A stretch of DNA of 64,000 bases from Cladosporium halotolerans (GCF_011745625.1 NW_027191453.1:868001-932000); one strand, 5' to 3'; positions 34,501 to 48,902 are shown, counted from the stretch's first letter. The notes: generated by a model not told the origin, from the letters alone. Program-made: numbers and translations.

Positions 34501-37500
34501 ATGGGTCTGGACACCCGACGACCACCACTCCCTGCACCTACCGACATCAGCAGCTCCCTGGACGACTCGAGTGGATTTGGAACCGAAGTCGCAACGAACC
34601 TCACTACGAAAACCGACAAAACGAGCCACACGATTCCTGAAGACGGGAGTCCAATCACCATCAGTACTCACAGAGGCCCTGTGAGCAAGAAAGAAGGCCG
34701 TCATCATCAGCGACAGAAGAGCCAAACGAGCCTGCTGATTGAATACTTCGAGGCCGGCAAAGGCCCCGACAAGAGCAAGAACAAACCCAGTGTGCGAGTA
34801 AGAGTTACACCGAGTTCAAGAAAAGGCAGTCGCGGACAGGATGCTGTGCAGATCACGGGTATAGGAAAGGATCGTAAACCGTCGTACTCGCGTCGCATCT
34901 CCCTCTCGAGCAAGCGCCCGGAGGAGAAAGCACCTGAGGGTACTGAAATCTCTCAATCTTCAGAGAGCAACGTTTCTGGTCTACCTCCCGTGGAAGTCGA
35001 GGTGCTGAACAACGAAAGCGAACTCTCTAGCGTTCGCTCGCCAGCACCGCCTGCACCACTACTGTACGCCGCGAACGAATCGAACGTGTCGTCTATGCCC
35101 CCGGACAGCATGCTTGAAGGAAGTACCGCAGACAGCGAGCATGCTCGCGAGTATGGACCCGAAGGAAGCATTACAGCCAGTGAGGCTGAGTACCTCAAGG
35201 CACCCTCTCATACACGCAGCCGCAGCGCGAGCCAGGAACGCATCACTCAAAAAGTGATGGAGAAGCTCAATCAGCAATCTGGAAAAACTCGGCGATCAAG
35301 TCGCGATTACGAAGAAAGCGGCCACAGAAGACGGCGATCATCGAAATCACATCGCTTGGAGGACGACTTGCCGAGTGGAGCGGAGTCGAGTCTGCTCTCT
35401 TCCAACCCTACGGCCAGCCAACGTTCACAAGTCTCTAGCATTTCGCAGGGATCTCGTATGACCAACAACCCGAAGCTTCTGGAAATGGTCGAGGACACCA
35501 TCAAACGTATGATCTTACCGGAAATCAATGCCATCAAAGCCGATCAGAAAGTTGACAGAAACCATCGCACATTTGAAGAGTCACGGCGCGGCTCATCAGC
35601 ACAAAGCGATTTCGACAAGAGCAGCGTGAGCCGAAGTCTTAGCAAGTCTTCGAGCACGCCACACTTTGCGAGCCGACCGAAGGTGGTTTTGAACCGCGAT
35701 GGCGATGACCCTGGTACCGTTCTTTCCCGTGGCGACTCGGAATACAAGAAGCACCGCAAATCCAGCAGAGACAGGCCATCAAGCCGGAGGTCTTCTGGAG
35801 GCCGCTCGGTCGATAAAGACAGCTACCTGGACGAAGAAGGTGGGAAGAGTCGATCGGGAAAGAGCAGCCATCGCGCGCGAGACGCAGCCGCTGGTGCCAT
35901 CGCCGGAGGCATCTTAACACAAGCGGCGCTGAAGAACCACGATTCACAGGGCGACGTCCACGAGCGTCGCAAGAAAAGGACGAAGAGCCGCGGTACACAC
36001 GAGAGGTCTGCAAGCATTACCGACACCGCTGATGAGGAGTCGTACCTCAAGCAGAAGCTTGTTCCTCCGATGCCCATGGCCAGCAGGATCAATGACTCGG
36101 ACTTGACTCGCGACAGCATAATGTCGGCAGACAGCAGGGGTGATTCGGCGCTAACCGAAGAAGTGCATACGCCGGTGCGAGAGATTTCTCGAGGATCCAT
36201 CGACGCCGCCATGTCTCCCTCTTCGTCCTCGCGCACGCCGACTAGGAACTCAATGTCGAGGGGCTTAGGCATGAGCCATGACAACAGAAATCTTGGCAGC
36301 CCGGACAGCAATGCGTCAACCACAAAAGCAAGAATTGCAGCTCTTACTGCTGCTGCTGGTCTCGGCGGTGAAGCAGCTGCTCATGGAAGTCGCCGGCACG
36401 TCGATGCAGATGGTTATGGCAGCAAGTCATCACGGCCTTCTCTTGCAAGTCCTGCGCAAAGCGTATCAAGCCTTCGGAAACAATATGAAGAGCCCTTGAT
36501 CCCTTCGCCGCTCAGGCCCACAAGCGCCACCTCGCGACCCTCATCGGTGGGCAGGCTTCGTGATTTGCAGGAATCGCCAACTGCACTCCGTTCTGGGCCG
36601 TCATCTCCTACCGAGAAGGATGCTCGGTCTCGGCAGAATCTTCGCCCTATGAGTAGCAGCGGTGACGAATTTACCACTCCTCTGGAGAAACCGAACCCTG
36701 GTTACCTGCGTGACGGCACAGCCACTCCCACCTCTGAAGATGTAGACGCATGGTATGAGCGCCAGCATCTGGAGAATGACAAGTATAGGGATTCTATCAG
36801 CGGGGATACCAACAGAACCTCTTACCAAACGAACCCATACCCCGAGGACGAGAATCGCTACTCGATGTACACGCAGGACAGCATGACCGATGACAAGCGA
36901 TTCTCTACATTCACGCAAGACAGCCAGGCTGACTCAAACCGCCTTTCAGTCGGAGAGGACGTGCGCCGCGGTGCTGGTGCGAACGCGCAATATGTCAACC
37001 ACCCAGCTGGTCTGGAGAGTGCGGTCGCTTCTCTCGTCGATCCATCTACTATGAGCAGCGGCATGCAGGCTTCTTCAACTGCTGACAGCTCCTTCAAGGC
37101 CAACGGCTCGTACAGTGAGAGGATGGCGCAGCATACTCGGAACATGTCGCAGGACAACTCCGTGTCATACGATGGCTCTACGCTCAGCCAGTCGGGCCCT
37201 AGTCAGGACCGATGGGCTGCTCTGAAGGGCCAGGCTGCGAACAATTTGGCATCGAACAGCCCAGATCAGCGTGGATCGCCTCGTCATAGCGAGACAAGAA
37301 GTCCCGATCAGGAACGCCACCTCAGTGAGGAATCTATCAAGTTGGGCGCCAGCGGCCTTCCGGATGTCAATGATCCTCTGCCTGAAATTGGCCACTTTGA
37401 CGACACGAAGTCAGAGCTCTCGACCAACCCGTCAATTATTCAGGGCCCTCTTGGTGGCGACGCATCTGGAAAGGAGACATGGCCGTACACGCCGTCGCCT

Positions 37501-40209
37501 TCGCAGGAGAGGGAAGCCGAGGGAAGGAGAGCCAGTGGATCGTCGAAGGGAGACCACGGCAAAACAGCCGCCGGACTGGGTGCCGGTATCGGTGCTGCTG
37601 GTGCCATTGCCATGGCAAAGTCCGCTCGCAGTGAGCAAGCAGCTCAGTACGAAGATGACAGGCTTACCCCAGACACTCGTAGCTATGGTGAGGAGCAATA
37701 CCAGAGCGACGGCAAGCTCACCCCCGACACTGGTCGCTACCACGGCGAGAACATCGACAGGAACGCCACCCCGACGAGCCCTGCCATGCCTCGCGATGAA
37801 GGCTACGACACTGCTCATGATCGTTCGGCTGGCGCGCTCACGCCTAAGGCTGAACAGCAGCATTACGGCAGTGCAGACATTGAGGCTTTCAACAGAGCTA
37901 TGAATGGAGCTGATAACGGTAACGACCCTTTCTTGAATGATCCGAGACAAAAACGACATGTCAGCGGTGGTTCTCACGGCATGGCTTCACCTCTCTACGA
38001 CAGCGCGACTGGCAAGGGCATGGATCATATTCAGTCCAAGGACATCGTTGCTCTCATGGATCATCTCACTGTTAGGGATGCTCAACGCAACGCCCGAGAC
38101 ACCGAGATCTTGGTCAGCCTTGTCCGCAGCGCCGCCGAAATGCGCCAGAACTTCGAGGAGATGAAGCACTTCATCAAGAACCAAGATCAGATGATCATGG
38201 CCAACACTGATCGTGACGCCGAGCAGACCGTCCAAAGGGTCCTGGGCGGTCCTCGCCCTCAACCGCCGAGCTCGCCGCGTACACCTCGCCAGAGCCACAC
38301 GTCTTCTGAGGATGTTCAGACCAAGCGCAAGGGTGTCCTCAGTCGTGCTTTGAGGGGATTGAAGGGCAACAAGAACGCCAGTGCCTCCGATCTGGCCAGG
38401 ATTGAGGACATGCTCATGCAAGTTCTCGATAATGTCGAGGACCTCAAGCACCAAGGTGTGATTCCTGCTCGTCAGCCGATGTCAACTTTCACCAACGACT
38501 ACACCAACGAGACTAATGAGAGCTTGGACTCGTACGAGAAGCTGCGGTCGGCACCGGACCCGGGTTATGAGCCTGAGGGCAACGCCGGTACCGGCAGCAC
38601 GCCCAGCCACTCCGGCGGCCTTCCCGTCACTACCAGGGGCGACAAGAGCCAGTTCCACTCTGGCTACAACGGTCGTCCTGGCTCGGTGAACAGAGTCAGC
38701 ACGGTCATGGAAGGCGATGAAGAGGAAGACGAGCGCTACTATGACGACGATGACAGTTACCTGCAGCCTCACGAGCGTGATGTTCTGGAGAACCAGTTCG
38801 AGAACAACGAGAAGCTGCTCACGCCGACGCAGGAAATGCGCAGAGGCTTCACGCCGACGCACACCCCGCCGCAGCGCGGCACTCCCGGCTCGCAGGGCAA
38901 CGACCTCACGCCTAGGACTGCTGAGAAGGAGCGCAAGCATAAGAGCAACAGCTCTTCGATCTTCGCAGGCATCCCTAAGATCTCACGCTGGTCCAAGACC
39001 ACGTCTAGCTCCGCTGCTCCTGACCCGGCTAGTGTCGACAGCCCCAACGTGTCCAGGAACCAGCGTCCGATCTCTCGTGGCAGCAGGGCTAGCTCCATGC
39101 ACAGCTATGACAGCGAAGACTTCCTTCCGAATGACGGCGACGATCATTCCTCCTACACCAGCACCCGTGATCGTGGTCAGTACGGCAACCCCAACGCCGA
39201 GACGCGCAGTATGCGTAGCCAGGGCAGCCGCATTACACGCACGCCCTCGCCGCTGATTCCCTCTGAGGCGTCGTACAACCGTGATGATGACTACGGTTAC
39301 CCACAGTCGCAGGCGCAGGCGCAGCAGCAGCGACAGATGCCACCGCGCTCGCCTGTACAGCAGGTTACTGATTTCGACGAGCCTGAGTTTGATGATCCCA
39401 AATACCAGGCTCATCGCAACTCGCTCCTCCTGCAGCACCCTCAGCCGCGTCAGGGTCCTACGAGCAGACACCAGAACACGTTGGAGGATCAAGCGCACAT
39501 GGCTATGATCGATGATGGTGTGACAAGCAGCACCCTCTCCCAGCAGACTGTGTCGGACTTCGACCCGGCCAACTGGGGCTCTGCAGGCGCGGGTGCCTTG
39601 AACAGGGCTCGTCTGCCTACGGCTGAGCCCACAAGCTCGCCGGCCTCGATCAAGGCCAAGCCAGACCTCTCTCCAGCTCAGCCTCAGCCTGCTGCCCCGG
39701 CCCCGGCCCCACAGCAGGCGCCTCCGAACTCGAACTACAACCGCTACGATGACGAGGAAGATGACGACTGGGAGCCGCAGTACAGCAACAGCGGCTTCGC
39801 CCGCAACTACAACTCCTACTCCGGCGGAAGCGGCGCCGGCATGTACTACTCCTCGCCCCTCGGCTCCGGCCACCTGCTCGAGCCGATCCAGGAAGTGCGA
39901 TACTCGCTGGAGACCGACAGCGGACACGTAAGTTCATCTCGCACAATCGACCAGATATCGAGCACAACTGACCAAGGTTTCCGATAGATCTCCCCAGAGC
40001 CCTCAACGACCCCCAAGCTCGCCTCCGCGCGCGCCGTCGACGTCCGCACCGCCCGCCGCGGCGGCTCGCTGACCGGCCCAAGGCCCATGGGCACCAAGAG
40101 TCCCAGCCCCGCCCAACAGCAGCAGGCGGCCGGCAACGGCACGGTGAGAAGGAAGCCCATCAGGGGTAGCAAGGCCAGCCAGGAGAGCTTCGAGAGCGGT
40201 ACGTTTTGA
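34501..40209 (+). CDS. Very large, mostly disordered hypothetical protein (~1880 aa)
   Basis: 1828-aa ORF. Intron 39928-39987 extends it in frame to TGA at 40207-40209. Ordered islands SQTSLLIEYFE, LLEMVEDTIKRMILPEI, KDIVALMDHLTVRDAQRNARDTEILVSLVRSAAEMR. Confidence 0.85.
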
Positions 40210-41129
40210 TCGAGAAGAGGCGAGGCATTTGCATTGCACTGCATTGAAGAGCCAGCGTGTGGGCGTTTTACGATACACGAGCGTTTTTTTCTTGGGGGGA
40301 TTTTGGAGGAGTTTCTTTCTTCGAGGTGTGCGGTAGCTTGGGGTGACGAGGCTGAGTGCCTCTGTGGCTTCTGGCTGCCGCACGTCTTTTGCTTATTGCT
40401 TGGTTTTTATTTTCTCTTTCCAGGGACCAGAAGGGACCCTTAACGGCATGGAGTGTAACGACGACTACGAAATGCTTTATATCGATTACCCCGTTTAGCG
40501 AGAGGTCGAGAGAGGGGCCTGGAGTGTATAGTGGGCGAACTTGCGTTTTCGTACATGGGAATAATAGACACGGTGTTCTGTAATCAGTCCTTTCTTTCTG
40601 CAGATCGGTATACATAAGTTGCGGGCATACGATATCGGATCTTGCCCAACCCAGCGCCTAACCTCGTATTTTTTTTTGGTTTGACATGTGCTACACAGCA
40701 GGAACTAAGCATAGAATTACATCAAGTACCCAGAAATATTTCATCAAACTGAATCAGCAGCTCTTCGAACTAGGCCATCGCACCCGCCTCACCTAAACGA
40801 CCCTTCGGCCTCGGCACAAGCGCCAACCCCAGGGTCACAGGGTCCAGCGCCCGTCGCGTCCGCTCGCGCCTGGCTGGCGTCCTGCACTCTGACGTGCCCG
40901 CATCAGCCACGCCGCGAAGCTGTACGAGGTACACGGGGGTTTCTCTCATCCCACACCCGGACGGACGACATCCCTCGCTCCTCCGCCGCTTTGCTGACCT
41001 TGCCTGCCGGCGCGGCGCTTGCTGCTGTTTCTTCGAGCAAACCCTCTCGTCTGGAACTTGCATTTTGAATCCGAAACACACACACCCGCTCTCTCTCTTC
41101 CCAGAACAGCTGAGCTGCGAGACGGAGCC

Positions 41130-42533
41130 ATGGCGGACGAGTACGGCGCCGACGACGACGACCCCTCGTTCTTCTACGACGACGACGACTACCTGTACGT
41201 CGAGGACGACTACGCCATCGCCGTGAGTTCCCCCGATCCCCCGCTCCCCGCGCCCAACCCCAGAAAAGAGAAACAAGGCAGCAAACCGTGACATCCGCCC
41301 TCCCGGCCCCGCCGGGCGTCGCGGGCGCGTGCATGCGGTGCACGGGGAGCCGCCGAGCAGAGACGAACACCCAACGCCCAAAGCTGACACCGAACGCTGC
41401 CGCAGGACGAGCTCGCGGAGACGCAGATCCCCTCGCCCGGCTACAGCGGCGCGCACGACGAGCTCGCGCTCGACGCCCTCGACTACGACGTCTACGAGTA
41501 CTTCGGCGACCTGGAGTACGGCGGCGACAGCTACTGGGACGCGCGGATCAGGCACCTGGGCTGCGCTCCGGCGCAGCAGAAGCAAGGGCAAGGGCCGGCG
41601 CGGGCGGGCGAGAAGAGGAAGAGCGAGGAGGGCGGGGAGGCGGGGTCGGCGAGGAAGAGGCGGCGGGAGGAGGGGCAGGAGAACGTGGTTTATGTGCCGT
41701 TTGAGGCGCGGTGTGCGCCGGAGCCGCCCGGGGTGGGGGATGGGAGGGGGTTTGCGCTGTTGCCGGATTGGAAGGAGAGGTTTCCTGAGGGGGGTGAGGG
41801 AGTTGATGGGGCGGTGGGGAGGCAGATGCCGGCTGATATGAGGAGGGCTGCGGAGGGGGAGGGCGACGAGGAGGATGAGGAGGGTGGGGAGGAGATGGAG
41901 GAGGATGATGAGGGTGAGGGTGAGAGAGTGGCGGGCGTGGATCACGATGTGGTCATGCACATTCTGAGGCAGAAGCTTGCGGACAGCGGGCTGGGCGATG
42001 TGGACGAGGGCATGTTCGAGGAGGCTATTGCCAATATGCTGTCTGGCAAAGGCGACGGCGACGATGCTCTTGGAGGTCTGGCGAACATCCTGCTTGGCCA
42101 GAAAGGCGAGGGCGGCGACGCCTTCCAAGGATTCCTCGCTGGCCAAGGCGTACAATTGGACGAAGGAGAAGACGGAGACGGCTCCCCAGCAGCAGAGACA
42201 TCCTCGGAGAGCAAGGACAAGTCTACACCCACACAAACTTCCGCCTCTTCAAACACCACATCAAACCCCTCCAGCAATACTCCAGCTTCGACTAGCAAAC
42301 GAAAGCCCACGGGCGGCACAGAGCCACCGCCAGCATCCACCCGCAAACGCCGAGCTCCCTCTCTCGACGTGACCCCGGTGGAGCCCGCAAACGCAACACC
42401 AAAGCCTTCCGCAAAGCGCAGGAAGGCCCCCTTGCACGCCGGAGCCGAAACGCCCGAAAGCGACGCCACTCCCGCCACGTCTGGCGCGAGAACGACCAGG
42501 GACGCCGTGGCGGGCGGGAAAGGGAAGAGATGA
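41130..42533 (+). CDS. Hypothetical acidic protein with basic C-terminal tail
   Basis: Exon 41130-41222 (MADEYG..YLYVEDDYAIA), intron 41223-41405 (GTGAGT..CTGAC..CAG), then DELAETQIPSP..DLEYGGDSYWD continuing into the ORF ending at 42533. Confidence 0.75.
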
Positions 42534-42977
42534 AACGACGACGAAGGCAGAACGCTCAATATCGAAGCCTCCTGACAAAAGGAGGTCGAACTCCGCTCCA
42601 CAGGCTCAACTCGAGCCGCGCTCTTCGCTCGCACCGCCGTCGCCGCACGATGTTTGCCTACCGACCATGGACATGTCGAGCGCCGCGCCTGCGATCTGCA
42701 GAGCACTCGCGCCAGCGCCGAGGAGGAACCGAAGGAGCACGACCTGCACGCGACAGCAACGGCTCTCTCCTCCAACCGAACCTCCAAGCCCTGTTGCTCC
42801 ATCCCACGACAGACACGCCGCCACGACCCAGCGTGAACGAGCAGGCGCAAGGAGGTGTGGGTGGACACAGCTGGATCGTACATACGTAGCCGCGCCGCCC
42901 CCCTCCCACCAACTCTCGCCCCTCATCTCATCCCCCGCGCGCCCAAAGCAGCGAACGGAGAAAGAGAGCAGCAGCAG

Positions 42978-43004
42978 ACGGACGGACGGACGGACGGACG
43001 GACG
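42978..43004. repeat. (GACG)n microsatellite
   Basis: About 6-7 tandem GACG units in intergenic/UTR DNA. Confidence 0.8.
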
Positions 43005-44607
43005 GTTGGGAATGATACATGTAGCGAGCCCCTTACGCACCTGAGTAGAAGCGAAGAAACGGATTTGCTCTGAGCAGCGCTCAGGAGTCTCGAACGACAA
43101 AGTAGCCCCCGTTGTGCGTGCTGTACTAGACCCACGTACTGGTGATGCAGATATGTTCCACGGGCATGAAGTCCAGGCGGCACGGGGCGCAAGGTCTGGT
43201 CTGGTGCGAGGCGGTCGACGCAGCGCGGAAGAATCAATCTGCGCAGCGCGTTGGGGACAGATAGGTGAGCACTCACTCACACTTAAGGACCGCAGACGGG
43301 CGAAGCAAGGCGAGGAGTGTGGAAGGCTGCATTGCAGTAGGAAGGCAGGAGGGTCGGGAAGGGCGCGTGGAGTGGTTTGCGTCTGGGACACATCATAGCA
43401 CAGCACGTGCTCGGCTCTCGCTCAAGAAACCTCCGAAAGACACGCTTGTTGGTGGAGAGCAGACGATCAGATGGCAGAGCATAGGTATCGTCTCAGGCCA
43501 CCAAGACGTCCACGAGCACGAGCAGGGGCAAACAGCACGGAGGCGACGCCACGGGCCCCGCGAGGCAGACAGACAGACAGACAAACACAGATTCAGGTCC
43601 AAAGCAACCGAGAGCAGCGTCTCCTCAAAGAAAAATAGAGAAAAAAACTCAATCGATCGCTTGATTCTTCCTATTATGAAGTCGAACGCAGATAAGAGCA
43701 AGAAGAAAAAGAAAAAGAAAAAGCGACAGCGCGAACCCGCCCAATCCCATGAGCAAGTAAAAGATGAGGACCCATCGCCTCCCGTAAAGAAACAGCCCGC
43801 GCACCGGCTGGCTCCGTGGCAATCCGAATGAGATCGTGGTTCGTATGTCACGCAGACAGAGTCGAACGTGTCATCTCCTCGTAACGCAAGCGAGCAGTCA
43901 TCCTCATCATCACCATCATAATCATCATGAATCCAGGCCGCAAGCGGGTGCGAGCGAGGTCCAGAGCCGGTGCGCGAAGGCGAAGGCGAAAGCGATGCGG
44001 AACGCTAACAGAAACGCGGAAGCTTTTCCTCCCAAGATTTCCCCCGAAACGCAGTCAGTCCAGCGAGCGCAAAAAGACATGATGAGGTTTCCCGCGGTCG
44101 TCAAGTCATGATGGTCCCGGTGGGAAGCAGAACGATGCAAGGTCCAGAGAGGTCCGATTGCGCAAAGAGCAGCAAAAGTCAAGATGGCGAGGCCTATTAT
44201 CGATACAGAGAGAGAGAGGCAGAGGTATAGCGTGTCCGTGGCAGCATTGGCAAGAAACAGCAAGTATAACAGGTCATAGCATTTTTTGGATGTAGGCAGA
44301 GATCTACGGGGTCCTAGGCTGTGTACTAGAGCTTCCAGCGGGTGGATTGCGAGTGCAGTGTGCTCCAAAGTTTTGGACGGTCCTCGAGTAAGGCCTCGAT
44401 ATACTTACTCCTAGCAGCTGCGAGCAGTCTTTTGCTTGCAATCGCTCCCTGACAAAGAGGGTCTGCATTGAGTCCAGCATTCGGAAAAATGCGTTTGTGC
44501 AGAGACGGAGGCCTCGTCCGGGACTTGATGGGCAAGAGTTGAAAGCAGTAGCAAGAGCAAATGCAGAGGAGCAGTCCAATCCAGGGCCAAGTCAGGTTCC
44601 ATGAGCA

Positions 44608-46143
44608 TTACTGCAATCTGCGGCGAGCAGTCCGAGCGCTGTCGCTAGAGGTTGGAGGAGCAGGTCGCTCCCGTCCGTAATTCGGCTCTCTCGAAGGCTG
44701 TTGTGATCCATACTTCTGACCCGACTGGCTTTGGCCGGACTGGCCCGGAGTTTGGGGATACTGCGCCGCTAGTATGCGACGTCAGCGCTTACTTCTGACG
44801 GGAAGAAGCGCTCGCTCATCTATACTTACGACGATTGCCGCCGTACGCGTCGTACGAAGTCGGCACGGAACCGTAGGGACTGTAGACGTTAGTAAATGCA
44901 CAGATGATGGTTACATGCTGACCACGGGTCTGCGAACCTTTGTTGAGGCGGACTGGTGACAGATTCCCGCTCGCGTGGCAGTGACGCGGTGGTGGCGGCC
45001 GGGCTAGGGTAAGCATACCTGGGGTCCTGACCTGGGTAGTCCTGGGTATACCTTGGGTCCCTAGGGTCTCTCATGTCTCTCGGATCACGCGGGTGGTCGC
45101 GCGGGTCCCGACTGTCACTCCTCTGCGGCTGCAGCGATTGTCCATAGGGGTTGGCGCCTCCGTACATGGACGGCTCAGGGCGCATGGAAGAGTCCGCAGA
45201 AGAGACTGGAACGTAGTAATTCCCCTGTCTTACGTATCCCGGAGGGGCACCATCACCAGGTTGAGAAGCATATCCGCCACTGCGAGGGTACACAGGTTCC
45301 TGGGAATATGAAGAAGTCACTGGAGGAGCGCGGCCGTAGGACGCTTGTTCTTGAGGATAGGCCGTCCTAGAATCCGGGAAGCCTCTCGGGTCGGCGCCGT
45401 AACGAGGGTCCGAAGGGTATCCACCGTTGCGGTCATTCGGATATCTCCTGTCCTGTGGCGGGCCAGAAGGAGGGTCAATTTGCATGCGGTCATCCATCCT
45501 GTCTATGGGCATCCTGTCCACTGGCATGCGGCTCACGGGGATCCTTTCTGCGGGCGTCCTTTCCACCGGCATCCTGTCTATGGGCATTCTGTCCACGGGC
45601 ATGGCGCGGGAACTGGGCACGGAAGATCCGTAGGGCGCCTCCAGGGCCGGAGAGTCTCCGTCACGGCTTCTCGGCACTCTGGCCGCCTGCGAGTTATGGT
45701 ATGTGTTTGAACCAACGTAGTCTGGCATCTTGTCAGGTGCTGTGTTCCCTGCTTGATGTGTCACACGGGGACTTTGACTACCTCGAGTCCCGGGCATCCT
45801 CTGCTCTTGTCTCCACCTTGCGGAATCTGCACGCAAGTCTGCAATCATGGCCTAGCGGGGAGGGGTTAGCAACAGCAGACGGCGGGTCGTCTGATCGGGC
45901 ATACAGTTGTGAGGTTGCGATACGCTTTGATCCAGTATCCGGTGATACCCTGGGCTAGTGTAAGCATAAGAAGACACGGCGAGACGGTTGAGGCGTGCTG
46001 ACCTCGTTCTCCCCGGTGCCTTTGCCCGGTCGCACGGTCGCATCGTTGCCGAGATATCTCTGGATGTCGGTGACGATGACATGGCGGTCGATGCCTTCGC
46101 CGGGTACAAACCACTGCCTGGCGAGCTCGCTGTTGGGCGGCAT
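44608..46143 (-). CDS. RfeG-like putative transcription regulator (multi-exon)
   Basis: N-terminal domain QWFVPGEGIDRHVIVTDIQRYLGNDATVRPG / GYWIKAYRNLTT / MIADLRADSARWRQEQ, then P/Q/Y-rich low complexity. Last exon reconstructed as PAQYPQ..TARRRLQ* with stop at 44608. Confidence 0.8.
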
Positions 46144-47181
46144 GTTGGGAGGAGGGCGCGGTGCGGGCGGGTTAGCAGCAACTCTGTCGCAGGCCTGAAG
46201 GACGTCCTAATTTCCGAGGGCAGGCGGGAATAGGCCAGAGGGGTGTATGAACGCAGATAGGAGAGGCTTCAGCTAGGAGAGGCTTCAGCGGGAGGAAAGG
46301 CCGGGTGTAGAGACGGGTGAGGTTGTCGAGGATGAGAGCGCGGTCCCACTTTGGGCAGCCAAATCGCGACGGAAGCGAGGAAGGGCCAGGGCAGGGAAGA
46401 AGTCCAGACGGGCGCGAGGAAGCGAAAGCAAGCCTATTCTCCTTATACAGACAGGGCAGGGAGCAGGGATGGAGGGAGGGCGGAGGGGTGAGGCAGGGCG
46501 GCGGAGGGTGGTATAGGCAGGCAGGAGACAAGCAGAGTCAGGCAGGAGAAAGAGGTGGTGGGCTGGTGGTGCGGGCGGGCGAGTGGGCGGTCCAGGCCGG
46601 TGTGCGGTGTTGGCGGGCGAGAGGCGCGAGAGGCGGGCTCAGCTGGCGGCGGCGTAGTGCGCGCCCGTGCTGTGCAGTGCGCGCGTGGGGAACGCCGGCT
46701 ACGCGCAGCGATTGGCTGCGCCGCTGTTCGCCTGCGCCAAACGCCTGCGATGCGGCCGGGTGAGTCGGGACGCTGCTGCTGCCCGTCGACCGTCGCTTCG
46801 CCGGCGTTGGTGGTGCCTTGGTGGGTGCTGGTCGCTGGTCGGGGCAGGCTGCTGACGCTGGCACGGAAGTCGGGAGGCCGCCACGGCTGGCAGCAAAGAT
46901 GAGGAAGCAGACGTGCACATCGGCGCTGAGGGCGTGGGCGGGCGCGCGCCATAATCACTGCCGTGAGATGCCTTGCCTCACCTCACCTTGCACTCCAGCG
47001 CAATTCCCCGCGAGGCTGCCACGCTGCCTCGCTGCCCCAGGCCCTCCGCTGTCGTGTCAGGCTGCCCGCCGGCCACGTTGGATTGGGCTTCCATGCATGC
47101 GCCGCATCACCCGCCCACGCCCCTCCCACCAGCCGGTCTGCCAATATCACAGCACCCTTCATCCCTACGCCGCCACACGTT

Positions 47182-47207
47182 TGCCTGCCTGCCTGCCTGC
47201 CTGCCTG
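47182..47207. repeat. (TGCC)n microsatellite
   Basis: About 6 tandem TGCC units upstream of the RfeG-like gene. Confidence 0.75.
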
Positions 47208-48902
47208 CTCTGCCTCGCCCTCGGCCTCGTCGTGTCTGCCGTCTAGCGCGCGCCCATCCCATCGCACGTCCTCACCGAGCAGCGCCCAAAGCTGCAAACC
47301 CACCCTTGATGCCTGAGCCCGCCGTCACACACAAGCACCACCCCAGCCTCACTCTTCACCCGCCCGGCCTGACTGCTCCTCGCAGCCTAGCACAGCGTTT
47401 GCAAAGCACCGCAGAAACCTGCCGCTTACCGCTCCCTCCTGCACGACACGACACCCTGCAGCTTCGCCCGTCCAGCCAGGCCCTCCTCACCTCGTCGTCT
47501 CGGCCTTGTCTCAGCCTGCCGTGCCGTCTCGCTCCCAGCCTACAGTGAAGATCAACATGCCATGACGGAAGCCCGCCCTTGCCAGTCGCGCGTAATAGCA
47601 TGCCTATATCCGGCGACGTCATCGTCGGTGACAGCGCCTGACTTAGGCTTTCGCCCCATCATTTCTCAAACCTTAGCTCAGCTAAACCCATCCAGCTCAG
47701 TGCACCACGTCCATTGACATCTGACGCAAGCCCTCGCGCGACAAGCGCTGCGTCCACGTTCTCGTCCTCCATTCGCGAACATGCACGTCCTTCGCGCGTC
47801 CGAGTGTCGCCGCCGTCTGCGGTCCTCGCGTGGACGTTAGCGATTGGCACCACTTCTACAACACCGCATCGGCGCGCCTTCTTTCGGCTTCCCGTCGCAC
47901 CTCTCGCATGCACACGCTCCTCCGACCTACATGACAGAACGCATACTCCTCCCCCCTCGGACATCCTTCGTTTTCCCTTCCGCGACTAGAACGGCAGGCG
48001 CGGTGAGACGAGAGCCCGGAAGCGGCCACCCCTCAATACATACAAGCCTTGCGGCCCAACTCAGGCCCAGCAGCGAATGCCGAGAGCAGATTTGCGATGT
48101 CGATCTCCCCCTTCCCATCGAAGATTCTGACACCGGGGCTTTCCTGAAATGATCATCCACGTCTCCGCATGCGCGTCCCACGTGTGAGAAGCGAGTTAGC
48201 CGCCGTGTTCCCACTGCTGTTCGCGAACTCTGGCGATCTAGAACGAGCCTCTCCGTCGCACTGGGCTGATCTGTAGCTGACGGTGACCGCCTCTGCTATG
48301 CTGTACCACCCGCAAGCTAAGAATTGCCCCAGCGACAAGCTTCAAATAGCAAGAGGAGCAAATAGCGTTTCCCGTAGCGAGCAAGCGTGCGTGACGAGGT
48401 GCCCGACGCGAAAGGACGCGAGGCCAGGTGCGGTTTGGGGACGAGAATACCGTTCGTCTATCGTAAACATCACTAGCCTACTGTCGCGTGGCTTGATTCA
48501 AAGTTCGGAGAGGAGCCCAACTCACCGTCGCCCAGTCAAGCGTAGGTATCTCGGACGTTTCGCAGATGGGCGTTTCGCTGGGGCGCTCACCGACGTCTTT
48601 GCGCGCAAGGGTGGACTTTGGCGCGTGCGTGTGACGACGACTATGAATCTCAAATATTCAGCAATCAATGAAACCGCACAATAATGCACTGCGCATGTTC
48701 CCAGTCCGTACCAAATAAACCAGCCCTCAAGTCGTCTAGGGTATACCAAATGGGACCCCCATGCCCGAACTTCCCCCGTAACTCGGCCCCCAGACACCTG
48801 ACTTCATCGGCGCCGCGACTCCCATCGCGAGCTCCAATGTAAGGCACCACAACCATACACACCCAGCTACGCCAGGCCGATCACACCGCCCTCGATCTCA
48901 AA

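Noticed and set aside
33626..34684. 352-aa ORF upstream of the large protein
   Set aside because: Non-ATG start and low-complexity R/P/A composition; more likely GC-rich promoter/5' UTR.
40770..42236. 488-aa minus-strand ORF
   Set aside because: Antisense to the spliced acidic protein gene and crosses its intron.
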